NCBI RefSeq assembly: GCF_041146345.1
Contig: NW_027191408.1
Coordinates: forward strand, 248,001-312,000
Source of the DNA: Neodothiora populina
Lineage: Eukaryota
DNA: 64,000 nt
Reading direction: 5' to 3'
In this document: piece after piece, positions 12,069 through 26,013 of the stretch
Position numbering within the stretch: the stretch's first letter is position 1
Layout of the letters: each line of letters starts with the position of its first letter
Notes under the pieces: generated by a model
Database searches by the model: none
What the model saw: the letters and a program-made list of their open reading frames with translations, nothing else
What the model was told of the DNA's origin: nothing
Translations under genes and position numbers: made by a program

Positions 12069-14621
12069 CCCAACGGATAATCGTGTGCTGATCACAGACG
12101 AAGAGTACTCTTGAAGGAAAAAAAGATCAATTATGCTGCAAACATAGACCAAATGCAATAAGAATATATGCTAGTATACGATGGAGATGAGAGTATCGAC
12201 AATGAGAAGATGATTGGGATGAGAGATATGAAAGACCTACTCTGGCGATGATACTCAACCTCTTTATACTGTTCTCATAACCTGAAACGGTATGTATCGA
12301 GCCTTGCTGCTGCTACTGCTACTCTTCAGGATGTCTCTCCAGCCATCTCGAGGTGTTGCATGGCAACTTGGTTTAAGTTCCCTGCCACTACATCTTGGGT
12401 AGTACTCCAACTTCAAGGTTGGATTGAATCTACTGATCACCCGAGAGACAGGATGCTGGAATGACAATGCGCATGGCAAAGCCTTAACCAGATTTGCTCA
12501 GCGTGTGTTCCCTGCAGACGATCTACACGGCCTGCGTCCAGACGACCAGAGGCATCAAGTGAGGTATACACTCGGTCGCGGACGTGGACTGGGTGATGTG
12601 AGCTACTAAGCCTGTGATATGCAGGGGATGTAGAAGCAGCTCAGCAACGGACCGGAATACAGCAACATCCATGCTAGCCACATGCATCCTTCCCGGTTGA
12701 AGCACCTGAAGACAGCTGAAACCTGCATCGTCAGATGCAAGTCATGCCTACGGTACATCGAGCAGTCCTGGATAGATCATCATTGACCATGACTTCCCAG
12801 ACTGGCGGTCGTCTGGTTTCGAAATATCGAAGGCGTGATCAGCAAGTAGCTGGTACACCCAAGACAAGAGGGTACTTCACCAAAAAGCGACCGGGAACGA
12901 AGCAGGTTGCCATTTGCGGAGAGATGCCAACTGCCTTACCGAAGTCGTACATGTCTTATGGCAGTTAGCGAGCTCTTGCCGATGAGAGAGCGGCAAATCT
13001 AGCATTCGATGTTTCCTCGAACTGTAATTCAATACACGAATGCATCAGCTCCCCCTCATTCACCACGGTTTGGGAAGCGTGGCTGAAAAGTAGACCAGAT
13101 TGAGGGGCCGTAGTGTCGACACGGCTGGTTAAGCTTTTGTGTTCGTTGGGAAACCACACGTGGAGGCGGGCTGCTGAACATGATTCTACAGTATCCTCGG
13201 CAAAACAGGCGAGTAGCTGTTGCCTGTGGTGTAACTGTATTCACGAGTGGTCGCGAACACGAATGACGGTGAATTAACTCGGATGTTGAGTTCGCACGTT
13301 TTCCATGTGTTATGCGAAACGGCAGAACCCCGCGACCGGCGGAAATGATGAGAATCTACCTACCTAGGCACTTCCAACTGGCACGTTCCCCCGCCTTCGC
13401 CCCAAGCTCGAGCCTCTCAGTCTATACCATTGACACATTGCTCCCGAGCCCTAGCGTTTGGTTAGTCCCAAAAGACCTACCCCTTGCACGTTAGTTCCAT
13501 AATTGGTCAAATCCGATCTTCGTTTATACATCAAGATCGTAATGTCTGAAACCTCACGTTGAAAGTCATTCACGAAGAACACATCCGAGATGCATTTTCG
13601 CGTGCTCTACTCTATGTACCGCACGAGTCGTACCGAGTCACATTGTCCAGCGACACAAAGAAATTGTTCATCTTGCCGTGCTCCCCAAGGTCCTACCGAA
13701 GAAAACTTTCACCCTGTGCTTCTGGATGTTTCATTAACAATTGCAATAAGGAGCTATTACGGTGCCAGATGACTGTACGTCATTTTGACTCTGATCCCAT
13801 GCTGATTATGAGCAGAATAAAAAGAAAAACGGGCGAGCATCATGAGGCCACACAAAATCGCTGTCTACGCGAAACACGAGTTCGGTAATGAAGTTATACT
13901 TCCGCGACGCTTGTGCATTTTACATCGGACGTGCGCATTACATCAGATATATCAGTCCTTATGCTCTGCTACCAAGTTCTGTTATGCCAGGCAGGGACAT
14001 GTTGTTTTGTCTGCAGAACGGTAACTACAAACGATTCATGTCCGGAGCGTATTCCTGTTCAGACAATAGACGTTGGGATAGTGAAGACCATGGGGTTGGT
14101 CTGTGCCAGTCACATTTCAATGGTACCGCGGTTTTCGCGGATATACAGTAGCCTGCCAACGTTGTGGTACGGTCATCTCGTACCTGAACATCCGGAACAC
14201 GAAGGTGTCATGCTGCGACTGTGGATGACCGATACATCCGCGCAAACAAGACGTTCATGATGATGAGAATTAAGTTAAATGATGGTTATATTCATTCAAA
14301 ATGCTATCTAATATGTAGAAACCGACTCATGAACACGCCTCAACTAAGTTCTGTTGAGCCTCGAAGGATTCGTCGTTGATAAGGAAAATGGGGTATCTTT
14401 GAAGTTAGAAGGAAATTTGCAGCGACAATCGTAGATCGCGAAGTTTTGCGGCCGGAAGGGACGCAGCTCATTATCATAACTTGGCGTCTAGGATTCGTCA
14501 TGCTTTCGATAGCTGCAGTTGATCGGTCGTCGAGTAGCATTAGTGGTCCACTAAGAACCTTGCATACTGCCATGAGAAAAGGAAATTTTTGGTATGAGAA
14601 CATTCATCAGCGTAGGGTTGC

Positions 14622-15933
14622 TCAAAACGATGGTGAGCGAGGCGGCAGGAGTGCATCCTTGGTGATGCATCTCGAAGGAGTCCTGGGCGATACGTCGGAA
14701 TATTTAGACGTCCAGCTATGTCCCCAGCTATCCGTCTGAGACGGAGTGGTAAGAAAGTACAAACCGGCTTCTTCCTTGCTGAACGGAGTCATGGAAACGC
14801 TCGGCTGTCTGTTTTCGGAGAATTGCCGTCCAGTTTCTGGATCCAACCCTTGTTCAACCTGTGTTCGTCGTTGGTTATTGGTGAACGGAACTGCGCTCCT
14901 CATTCGTGAAAGGGGGGTTGAGCCATAAGTTCCTTCGGATATCGTACTATCAAGGGCCTTGAACTTGAACACCCTACGTAGGACTGTCCAAATATATGGG
15001 AGATTCGTGACGAGAAGCGCTGTGCTACTCTCGCGGACATACTAGGATTTAGTGAGTAAGGCATCAAAGTAGCGGCAGGTATACGGATACATACCCAGAA
15101 CGTCCATAGACTGCCGAAAGGCTGCGTGAAGGAGTAATACTTGTTGAGTATTGCGCACAGGATCACGAAAAGACCGAGTCCGAAAACGGAGACCAAGGCT
15201 ATTTTCTTCCGTAGGGGGAATCGTGATCGAATAAACATCGGCAAGGCAATTATCAGAAGGATCGCATCTGACGAAAGGTTGAAAACGGCATTGGTGATGA
15301 GGTGATTGATTGCCGCATTGCACTGCTCCGATGGGGTTGGCACTTCGAAGTAGGCCTTGAACGGCCTACACCACACACCGAAATAGAATATCTCCATGAA
15401 GACGAAGCCAAATGCAACGTAGGCTGCCAAGATTTTAATGGCGATATTCTCCATGCGCCCAATAGTAAGTCGAGAATACATGATCAGAATGCAAGCTTTA
15501 GCTGCCCATCTGTAATAATATTAGTAAGATAGATGGTAAGATGCTCTATGAGACGAGAGTATTACACTGTGGCAATTTGACACTGTTCAACGACCAAGGT
15601 TAACTTGCTGCCATATTCCCGTTCTTTGATATCTTGTGGTGTCAAGGTACCGACGTCAAAACCAGGTGGGAGTAGATTGGTTGACGCGTGAGCGACATGA
15701 TTGATAGTGACGACCAGGGTTATGTAAGTGCAAAGCGCGAACACCATAACCAAATCATCCGACTGAAGTTTGCGGAGTGAGCCAACGGCCATTATCCGTG
15801 AAGTACTAGAATAACAAAAATCAGCAAAAGACAGTCTGAGTCGAGAGACAGCAAGATCGTCTCACAATCGACATATTGCCACAAGCATCACTACGCTGAA
15901 CCATATTCCTGTTTCGATAATCAAGGCCACCAT
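14622..15933 (-). CDS. PTH11-like/fungal rhodopsin-domain integral membrane protein
   Basis: MVALIIETGIWFSVV..., DDLVM, YGSKLTLVVEQ, WCRPFKAYF, NAVFNLSSD, FGLGLFVILCAILNKYYSF, W|YVRESSTA; three introns, multiple hydrophobic helices. Confidence 0.85.
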
Positions 15934-17147
15934 AGCTGGACTCGGAACCCCGGACCGCCGGGCTCGTGGGCCAAGGCAAGAGTGCTCTGAGTACTGCTTC
16001 CTAAGGGTACTCTTGAGGCGACTGGCAACTGGTGATCTGTCTTGAGATGTTCATTTTTACTCAGATCCGGCTCATCTCCCAGTATCAGTGGTATAAGGGA
16101 AAGTTGGAGAGGAGATGGGAGTCCAGAGAACTTTATTATTCGGTGAGTGGTGCCCGCTGACGATGTGCGGGAAGAAGCTGACGATCATGAGTGACCCCAG
16201 GGTCTCATCTCACACAAGCCGTTTCTGGATCCTTATCGGTAGCATAACGACCTTGTCCCGCATTGCCAGGCGAGGCGCTGCCACCCCATCCAATAGTCCA
16301 CGCCTCACACGTAAGTACAATTTGGCAAAAGCCAAAAGACTTTTTGCTCAAAAACTCCCCTCGATGTGGTCGCCAGTGTCCTGAATAATGGCTTCAAGCA
16401 CAATCTCAGCCAACTTTTTTGCATATGTTAATAGAAAGATTTGATTAATGATCGTCATGGGCCATTGCGGACATACGCATAATGCGTACAACCCCGACGG
16501 CACTCGTATAACTGCACGCTACCTTATTTTACCCTATCACCGCCGGTTGCAAGGGCCGCCTGCCTGTTATGCGGCAAGACTTGAGCACAGGCTCAACAGG
16601 CTCCGTGCCCTTACTCAGGCTTTCCACGGTTGTGGAGAAATGGCGATTGGGCTGCCCGGACACCTGGCGTGGCTAGATGCATAGAGCACATATGCGCTTA
16701 CAACGAGCCAAGCGACGCCATGACTCTACCCGACACATACCCCCATATGCCACATCGACATGTCAGCTTCAATGTACAGCTGTGCCTGGCGGGCTAGTGT
16801 TCGTACATCATTAGGGTTGTCATCGAAGTCAAAGTTTCTGGTAACACCCCTGACCTGGGTTCCGCATCCGTAATAGTCAACTTCGGATCGCGATGGGCTC
16901 GACTCTTTGGCGAGTCAAGATGAGATACGGCAGATCGTCTGTGTCCCAAGAATAATCTCATCGTGTCGGAAATTGCAGGAAGAATGGTAAAAATAACCAT
17001 AAAGTATACCAAGAAAAAGAGGATATCAAGTATTCTTCTATCATATGAACCAGTCCTTGACGCCTATGCAGTTCCCAAAGTCAATGACCATCTCACCAAT
17101 TGCGCCGTAGCTGATGCAAACCCCCCATTGCCACTCATCTTGGCGCA

Positions 17148-18676
17148 TTACTTCACCTTTTCTAGGTACTCCTGCGAAGCATGCTCATACTCAACGGAGA
17201 GATACTTCGCCATGTTCTTGCTGAGCCATGTAGTCATCTTGTGAAGTTCCTCGCGTAACCGGCTCACAGCCTGTGAGTCCATGTTCGTATGTGCGATGAG
17301 ATCCGGCATGGAGACTGCGGGTCTTCGTTCAGCTCTATGGGGTGTGAATATCATGTGGGATTATATACGTACCAAAAAGACGACAGAGATGTTCGACACC
17401 GTAGACATCTGCGACAGATTTGCCCGCCAATTCGCCTGTGCCCTTGACAAGTTGAGGATAGATCTCCTGGTACTGTGGTCTTTCCTGCCTGTAGAGCAGA
17501 ATCCGACCTAAGCTTTTGTTAAAATATTCTTTAACTCCAGCTATGACTTCCTCGAGGATGTCGTTCTCTGCGCTACCAGGTTGACGATTCGCGCTCTCCG
17601 ATGCAGCATAGTCCTCTAGGAATAACGTAACAGGAGCAGATGAAGGTAATGGCACAAGTCGATTTTCTCTTGTCACCTTCTCCCAGTCGTCGACAAGTAC
17701 TGCCTTGAGAGTTTCAGGCATGAAGATCTTTACTGCGGGTCTTCGAAGATAATCTTCCTCCTATAGTCATAACGTTAGCGACACCCAAAACATTTGCCCG
17801 TCGGATCAATCACATCGTGCCAATCTTGTGACGCTACAGTCTTGCTGCACAGCATAATATTATTGATGCACACACACTCATCACATCCGCTTCAGGAAGT
17901 AAGAAGTAATGACGGTGTACCAACATATACTGAAAACAGTAGTGTTGAGGTGAGATTTGGAACCACATACCTTATCAATACCTTCATACTCGCGACCCCT
18001 TTTAGTTCCTCTGGAAGGTGGAGCAGCTGCGGTCGAATTTCTCTCCTCGCTGCCTCTAGTTGAGGACGCAGGATTCAGATCACCGCCAAAAGCACGCTTA
18101 CGCGTAGACGTAGGTGCTGGTTTGGCAGCAGCTTTGCGTTGCGCATCCATTTCTTTTCGAAGATTTCGTGCAAGTTCAATATTTTCATCAGAATGCTTGC
18201 GCAGACGATCTTGCGGAACCCAATCATCCCAGCTGCGTTTGTTTTAAAGTCAGCATCAATCAAGAAGCAGGTGGCGCGATGCGCATAAGCTTCTTCACAA
18301 GTCGCCACACACACACGACTAACACAAAAGACGCAGTCTAAGGAAGCAGAAAAGGGTCATGATTGCTTCCTGATAAGCATACAGGATATGCAGGTAACGT
18401 GAAGACCAACATAATGCGGTTTCACGTACATTCAAGCAAGCATAGTATACGATATGTTTGTTCCGCGCAGGCAATCATGACCAAAGTGCGATGAAAAGAG
18501 TCAACTCACGTGTTTTTCCAGCCTTTGTAATGCACCTTGTACTGCCATGGGCCCTTCTTGTCACTGGCCTCGACAGGACGCGCATCGAGCACCTTTGCTT
18601 CGTAAAGGAGTTCGTGATGGAAGCAGAGAACTTTCTCATCCTTGTTGAAGATCTGGCCAGTAGTTGCAGGAGCCAT
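17148..18676 (-). CDS. EAF3: Chromodomain/MRG protein Eaf3 (NuA4/Rpd3S subunit)
   Basis: VLCFHHELLYEAK, VHYKGWKNT|WDDWV chromo barrel; LVDDWEKVT, GRILLYRQERPQY, YGVEHLCRLF, PDLIAHTNMD MRG domain. Introns 18509-18233, 17970-17761 and about 17370-17315. Confidence 0.95.
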
Positions 18677-19075
18677 CTTTGAAGCACACTGAGTCAATCG
18701 TTCAGAAGCGATTAGGACGAACTCGGTGGAGTATTTCGGATTGTTGTCTTTCGCAGGGAATCGTGCAAAAGGTGGGTGTCAAGATACAACTTTCAGTGAT
18801 GGTCGCGAAAGATGTCCAAAGCTTTGACCCCCGCGTGCTGTTCTCACGGCACGAACGGGCAAATCCTCACACTACAGCGTTTGTTTCACTTAACTCCTGG
18901 ACTCGGCAGGGCACAGCGATCAGTACCTAAGCAGGTGGTATGGAGATTGTGTAGAGATGGTATGTATCGTAGACACGAGAGTTGTGATTTATCTCATCTA
19001 TCTTACCCTACAATCTAATCTATGATACGATTTATTCATATATATGCAAACCGTACTGCAACGTCAATCCGTCCC

Positions 19076-20701
19076 TTAGTCCACTTTCTTCTGCAGCCCC
19101 ATTCTGGGCTTGTGAAGTAGCCCGAGAATGACGTTCAAGAACGCTCCAACTGGTGGGATAGCTGTGACAAGCCGTAATAGAAGGATTAGTCTGTAGATGA
19201 TCGAGATGCAAGCCCGTACGACGTAATCCTTAGCGTTCAACGATGGTGCTGTACCACGGGAGAAGGTCGAGTCTGTGTAATCGAAAGGTAACCTCGCGCC
19301 TAAGTGGTCGATAGCAACTTTCAGGCCACTGCTGAAGCCGTCTTCGTGAAACCCATATTTTGTCCATGCTCCACAGTAAGTGATACCAGATGTGTTTTGT
19401 ATCTCACTCAGCCTGTTTTGCGCACGTACTGCCGACACCGTATACAGTGGATGTCGGTACACGTATTTCCCTTGGGTATGACTTGGGTCAGGCGCATGCG
19501 GTGGATTCATAGTGACCAGGATTGGACCGTAAGTCTCCTCTGGTAGGTGCTGAAGCAAGTTCATCCAGTATGTGAGGCTAACACATGCTGGCTGGGACAA
19601 CTTGGACGGAGTAGATCTTGTGAGATAGTTCCATGCCGTCCATACTTGCCGCCGCTTTGGCATCAACGAGAGGTCAGAGTGAAGGTATGCTACATTTTCT
19701 GATGTTTGGAAAGCACCGAGTATGTCTTTTTCGGTGGTTGACGGAGCAAATTGGCCATCAGACGACAAGAGAGGCAGAATATCGTCGCCGTGACATGCCA
19801 TGATGACATGATCAAAAGTTGACGTCTCCAGGGCTCCTATTTTCTTGTTCGTGAACGTCAAATCGACTTTGAGCTGACCATTCTGTTGTTTTCGTGTCAC
19901 AGTAGTGACAGGCGAGTTGGTATGGAAGTGATGCTTCTGTGGGTCCGCTCTCTGCAGTATGGCATCAATGTAGTTCTGAGAACCGCCCTTGATCGTTAAC
20001 CATGTGGGTCGTGCGGCAATCGTAGATAGGAGATGATGGTTCCACATGAAGCGGACCAAAGTAATGACTGGGAACTCAAGACTTGTCTTGTCAGGGGAAG
20101 TACTCCATACGGCCGCAGTCATGGGTATCAGATAATCATCCTTGAATGCTTCCGAGTAGCCATGTTCATTTAGATACTCGCCAATTGTTTGCTCAGCACG
20201 ATTGACACCTTGGCTGAGCTTGTTGTCATATACAAGTAGATCCACGGCAAACTGATTGAATCTTATGATGTCAAATATCATGTGCCAGAAGCTGGGACGC
20301 CAGATGTTCTCCTTCTGAGCAAAGATACCTTCAGCGGTGCCAGACCACTCAAAGAGACCACTGTCACGCGAGACGCCAAAAGTCATCAAGGTTGGCACGA
20401 TCTTGACGTTGACCTCGTTTAGAAATCTGATCAAGTTGGCTACAGCTTGTCAGTACCCCGATGCTCCAAGAACTTCAGATCGAGGGGTGTACCAACGATA
20501 TGTCGCAGAATTCATGACAATGAAGCCGGTGTCGACAGCCGTGCTATGGGCGCCATGCTTCCAGACTTGAGTGTTCGTGTGACCACCTAGACGATCCGAC
20601 CGTTCGAATACATGTATCTCATGATCCGTACTTTGGAGAGCCCACGCGGCACCAAGTCCGGCGCAACCACTACCGATGATAGCAACACGCTTCCTCTCCA
20701 T
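19076..20701 (-). CDS. FAD-dependent amine-oxidase-like oxidoreductase (COG2907-type)
   Basis: GSGCAG Rossmann motif, RLGGHTNT, VDTGFIVMN.ATY|PNL, AWNY, YRHPLY, CGAWTKYGFHEDGFSSGL; one intron with a GTTGGT donor. Confidence 0.88.
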
Positions 20702-21433
20702 GCTAACTGTCGTGCTAAATGCTAAAGAATATGACGAGAGAAAGCGGTCTTCTCAGAAGAGTGAAACGGCATGGGCAGAGGCAGCCGTTGCCACAATTGT
20801 AAGACATTCTACGACGCGACCATGCTAGACAAACCGCGATGAAGCCTACCTGGTCTTGTTCACCCAGATCGTAACTGAGGGGAGCGATGTCATTGACTTT
20901 TGCGTGCCAAGACTATGCGCTGCACGAGAACGGGTCGTTCTCAGAGCCTGCAACAACATGGTCAATCGTCGACCTAGACTGTTGATGATGTCTATTCGAG
21001 TTCTAGCAGTAACTGTCTGAGAAGCGCTTGTACCCACAGTACGCAGTGACTGTCTAGACGAACACGAGAAGTCCATATTACTGTACTGTGATATTCAACA
21101 TTACAAGACGGCTAAGGACATTAGGGAGAACGCCAAGATGCCGAGGTGCGGAGGTCGGGGTGCCTTCCCTTCCCGCGACGTCAAGGGACGACTGAAAGCG
21201 GATGCCTTTATACCATACATTACTTTGCCTTAGCACTACAACTCTATGCGCCAATAAATCATCGTCAATTATTACATTGCCGTCTCTTCGAATTCCGAAG
21301 ACTGCTTCTGTGATATTTCTGGTACTAGTCATATCATCTCGCCTCAACTCAGGACAAGGACCATCGAACACCGCCCACCGCTACTAGTCAACACAGGCAG
21401 CAACCGCTCGCGCTCCTCGATCAGCAATACATC

Positions 21434-22230
21434 ATGGCCAACCCTCTGGACACAGATACTGGCTCCGAGCTCTTCAGCAATTATGAAGCAGAACTGAAAC
21501 TCGTGCAAGCCGACCTCAGCCAGGTCCTCGACCAAATTGTGGAGCTTTCTGGCGAGCAGCGCAAGGCTGCAATCGGCAGGGCAGAACGTTCGATAGAAGA
21601 GGCAAAAGAGCTTGTGAGTAGTCGCTTATCACGGATCGACCCATGCAATTGTCGCTGATTTGTCGTCTGTATTAGCTTGATAGCATGCGCATGGAGAAGG
21701 AGAATCTGCCCGCCAGTCAGAAGACCAAGACGAATGTCCGCTTCCGCAACTACCAGACCGATGTCGACATCGCCAAGCGCAAGTTGGACTCACTCACCAG
21801 CGATCGATCAGCGCTCTTCGGCAAGCGTTACACTGACAATCCGACCGAGGACGATCAAATGGCGCAGAGGCAACAGCTCTTGTCAGGAACCGATAGACTT
21901 GAAAGATCCAGCGGCCGCTTGCGGGAGAGTCAGCGTATTGCTCTGGAGACCGAGGATGTTGGCCGCAATACACTTGCCGACCTCGCCAGACAGCGCGAGA
22001 CCATTGAGCACACTCGAGGCACTCTGCTGGAGAGTGAAGGTTACACGGACAGAAGCAACAAGACTCTCAGGGGCATGGCCCGTAGGTAATGACCGGCCCA
22101 AGCTTACCCACAATACTGCACATTGGCTGACGTCTCACTCAGGATGGCTACGAACAAAATAATCACCATTTCGATTATAACGGTGCTGGTTCTCCTTATT
22201 CTCGCGGTCGTTGCTAGCAAGTTCAGGTGA
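21434..22230 (+). CDS. VTI1: Vesicle transport v-SNARE Vti1
   Basis: SELFSNYEAELKLV Habc domain, QRQQLLSGTDRLERSSGRL SNARE motif, C-terminal TM IITISIITVLVLLILAVVASKFR; introns about 21614-21675 and 22086-22142. Confidence 0.93.
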
Positions 22231-22372
22231 TGACAATATTTGTGAACGTTTCCATGGGTGTTGTGGCGTTTACTTGGATGGACCTTCAAAGGTCCGGAGG
22301 ATGAAGGACGGATGGCTCTGAAGATATACATTTAATTTCATCATTATGCAACGCTCTGCGTTTATGTTCGAT

Positions 22373-23349
22373 TCATGCTTCATTCGCACACTTCGTCGCA
22401 AAATCAAGCAGTGCGGCATTGACCTCGTCAGGATTGGAGAAACTCAAGTAATGCTGCCCACCGTCGACAACTTGCAACCTCGTGTCCGGACTGTTGACGA
22501 ACAACTTGATCTCTTCCGTCGCATTTTCGACGCTGTACACGACATCCGCAGTGCCTTGCATCCACAACACCGGGCACAGCACATCAAAGACACGTCCGTG
22601 GAGACCATCTCTGTCTCGGAGGCAGATCGCCGCCATTCGCGCCTGTCTGCGACCCGCATCGCCACCCCAATTCGTCTTGATCGCCTGCCTCCAGAAGTCA
22701 CGATCCGCGCTCGAGACGCCACTCCCGAAGCCAGTGTCGATGGTGAGGTCGCAGAAGTTGTCGTCGGGCTCAAAGTCAGGCATGCTGCCCGTGGTGCTCA
22801 AGGCGTCAATGATACCCGTCAGGATCTTGCCCGCGTCCCAGCAGCGTAGTTTCATGGTCCGCTCGGATTCGTAGTCTAGTGATGTTCCCAGCAGGACGAT
22901 ACCTAGCACCTATGCTGTCACTTAGCCTCCCATATCTATATGATCGTGATACAAGATGTATCAGATAATGAGAATGGTCCTACTGATTGAGGCGCAAGCA
23001 GCGCCATACGCACAGCAACAAATCCTCCCTGCGACGTGCCCACAGGCACATATCCCGCCTTCAAACCCAGCTGCTCCAAGACCTGCAGGTTCACAATAGC
23101 AGTGTCCCAATAAGTCCAATGCGGGCTCTTGGTTCGCGTCTTGCCATGACCGAGCACATCCACAGCGAGGAGATTATATCTCCCAGTCAGTGCGTTGTTG
23201 GAGAATTGAGGTCTGTAGATGTCCACGCTTGTCGCGAAGCTGTGGATTAGCACCAGAGTCGGCTTGGAGGCGTCGGCGGATGAGAGCCAGTAGTTTGCGG
23301 TCGTGCCGCCTAGGTGGGGGACTTCGAGGGTCTTTTGGACTGAGGTCAT
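22373..23349 (-). CDS. Alpha/beta hydrolase
   Basis: LVLIHSF, DVLGHGKT, GTSQGG nucleophile elbow, QGTADVVY, GQHYL; one intron about 22983-22910. Confidence 0.88.
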
Positions 23350-23460
23350 GGTTGGGGATTGTTATGCTGCTATGTTCGCTCTTTGATTGTAAGATAAGAG
23401 TTGCGACAGTCAACCTGCTAGCTGGGCATAGACTCGCGCAGACAAGTTGGGGTGGTATGT

Positions 23461-23470
23461 TATATATATA
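23461..23470 (-). promoter_or_regulatory. TATA-like element upstream of the alpha/beta hydrolase
   Basis: TATATATATA about 110 nt upstream of the ATG at 23349. Confidence 0.4.
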
Positions 23471-24190
23471 CATATTAATAGCCTTACGATACAGCCAATC
23501 ACGGCTATTACGGACCGCCGACGATAGCATGAATGACCAAAGTCAAAAGCATCGAGCTACGCCAGGCAAAGCCATGATCTGCCCCATGAGTGAGGTAAGA
23601 TGTGATACAGCACCTTAGTCGTCGCTTGCCGTGCCGCTGTGTGGATCCCACTTCCTCAGGTACCTATACCGCAGCAAAGTAGCTAATCAATCAGAACCCG
23701 CCAACTCATGTGATGCATATGACCGTTTGGGCTGCTCACTGCAGCTCGGGACTTGAGGGTCTCACATACTACAGTTCACAGCACAGTAAATGCTGCACTG
23801 CACTACGTGGGTTTATCTTCAACAGATGTGGTCTATGACAAGTACCGTACTTCGTGTGGGGTGATATGATGTGGGGACCACATCTTTACCTGAGTTATTC
23901 AGCTTTCTACACGTATGCGGGGAGGGCGACCCTGGCTGTGATTGACATTGCCCGGACGTCGACTTCTGCTATTTGTATCTACCATGCAGTGAGAATTATA
24001 GACGGAAAGCAAAGCAGCTCGATTACCACTGTAACTATCTTGATCTCCTCCAGGGAAGAGAAATGTTCCGACTTGTGCGATTATAGATCTGAGGACTCAG
24101 ATTGTGAGATCTTGCTTTACACGTCGTGAGTGTAATACTTCAACAACAGAAGAGACTAAGCCAAAATAGACCCACACCATCACCATCGCA

Positions 24191-25354
24191 ATGATATACG
24201 CGTGTGGGTTCAATGCATTTGGTCAACTGCGAAATGACACAAATGACGACATCTGCACGCCCCAGAAGATCCATGACACAGCAGACGACGTCTTCTTTGC
24301 CGGCTGGAGTGAAACGATCCGTACGGCGCACTTTATTCCTTTCGTAGTCCTACACTTACGCTGACCAATTAGACCAGTGAAGGTTGATAACACATTAATT
24401 CGCGCAGGCATTGAATGCGATGACTGGACGCAGATCGAAATACTGCTTGACTCAGATCAGAAGTTTGATCATGGCATCGGCGACCACAATGGCCTTATAG
24501 GGGCCTTGAACAGTAGCTTTAGGTTCTGCCAGATCACGACGCCTAATAGGCTGGCGCTGTTGTCAACACCCGACCGCCCCAAGATTGCACGTATAGCATG
24601 TGCTGGTAACGGCAAGGTAGCGATTGTATTGGGTCAGCCTGAGACAGGTCTTGCACAGATATTTGAGTTCCCTACTTTCATCGACTTCAAACATTGGGTT
24701 GTGGACTCTACGACAGGATCACTGGGACGTATATACCGCGGCAACAAAAGTCACGCTATAGAGGGCCGAATCAAACAGCTCACGGCGAGTGCCACCACTT
24801 TTGTTCTTCTCCTTGACAGCGGCGAGGTCTACACGTGGGGTGATGCGCGCCATCGTAATCTCGGACGCAACACCAGCACGGTCGACGAGACACTCGCGAG
24901 CGCCGATGAACCAGGCATGGTGGAGGCGCTCGGCGGAGTGAAGATTGCCAAGGTCGCAGCTGGATGCTGGATGACAATAGTATTGTCGGAGGATGGCGCT
25001 GCCTACATATGGGGAAGGGGAACGCCAGGTACAGAACACACCTTGCGTGCGTTGGCAGATCTTGACCCATCAGAGGTTGCTCTGATAGATATATTGGATT
25101 CGATCAATGGGGAGCCTATGGATGTGCTTGATATTGCTGTCGGAGACGGTCACGCACTGTTGTTGATGCAAGATGGTCACGTCTACGGAGCTGGAGAGAA
25201 CAGCAATGGTCAAGTTGGGATTGACAGCAAGTATCAATATGTGGACGATTGGAGAAGGCTAGACGTCGAAGCAGAATTGACATGCCTCGGGGTGCATGCG
25301 GGCTCGAAAAGCTCATTTATGAAGCTCAGGAACAACTCAGATGACCCGCTCTGA
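24191..25354 (+). CDS. RCC1/BLIP-II repeat protein
   Basis: Exon 1 MIYACGFNAFGQL..., intron 24322-24377, repeats GEVYTWGD, GAAYIWG, IAVGDGHALLL, VYGAGENSNGQVG. Confidence 0.85.
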
Positions 25355-26013
25355 GAGTATCTCTGTACAGCACCGATCTTGACGAATTTGCTCATCAGTT
25401 TATACCTGTTTACTGAGAAGACCATAAGAGCAGCAGCAGGAGTAAGATAGCTGCACAACGCATGCAGGATCATCAAACAAGCGAAGTGAGAGCAAGACCG
25501 AGGGCACGACATTTCGAGCCGCCATTGCTGCCGGCTCTACCTACAAGTAATTAAGACACGGATGCCGATTTCACACACACAGCACTTGACTTGTGGAGCA
25601 ATGTACTGGTCGACTCTCTGGGCTACGGCATGTGATGATGTGGTCATGAGGGTAACGCGTTTCAACAAATCGGCGTTACAAATACACGGGCAGTTCTCTA
25701 TCGAGCTTACAACAGCCTTATTTCACGTGGGATGGCCAACGAAGAAGATGCAAGGAAGCATGTTCGGCGGGAGTTGTTGATTCGACGTCCTCCGAACTCC
25801 GAATCCAGGTACAATCTTGGCGAATGACGTCGCAGTTCCCTCACTGGACATGCGTTTGACATGTGAAAGAGCTCCGTGGATAGCCTGAAGTTTGTTTGTC
25901 TTACTCTTTTTAACATGCAGAGCTCCTGTTCAAGAGCTTGCATTTGACTCGGATTACTCGAGTATATTGGTAGTATATAGCATTCTCCCCGTCGAAGAGC
26001 CTCAACAATCATC

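Noticed and set aside
12200..14600. Short ORFs between the laccase and PTH11-like genes
   Set aside because: No recognisable motifs or consistent splice model; treated as promoter/intergenic DNA.
17925..17971. Possible nested intron (stwintron) in EAF3 intron 2 via an internal CAG|TATATG
   Set aside because: Two-step splicing would shift the frame; the direct splice gives the conserved DK|EEDY junction.
5109..25354. DPH3/KTI11 and an RCC1-repeat gene as a possible Kti11-Kti13 (Ats1) cluster
   Set aside because: They are 19 kb apart with unrelated genes between them, and the RCC1 protein cannot be assigned to Ats1.
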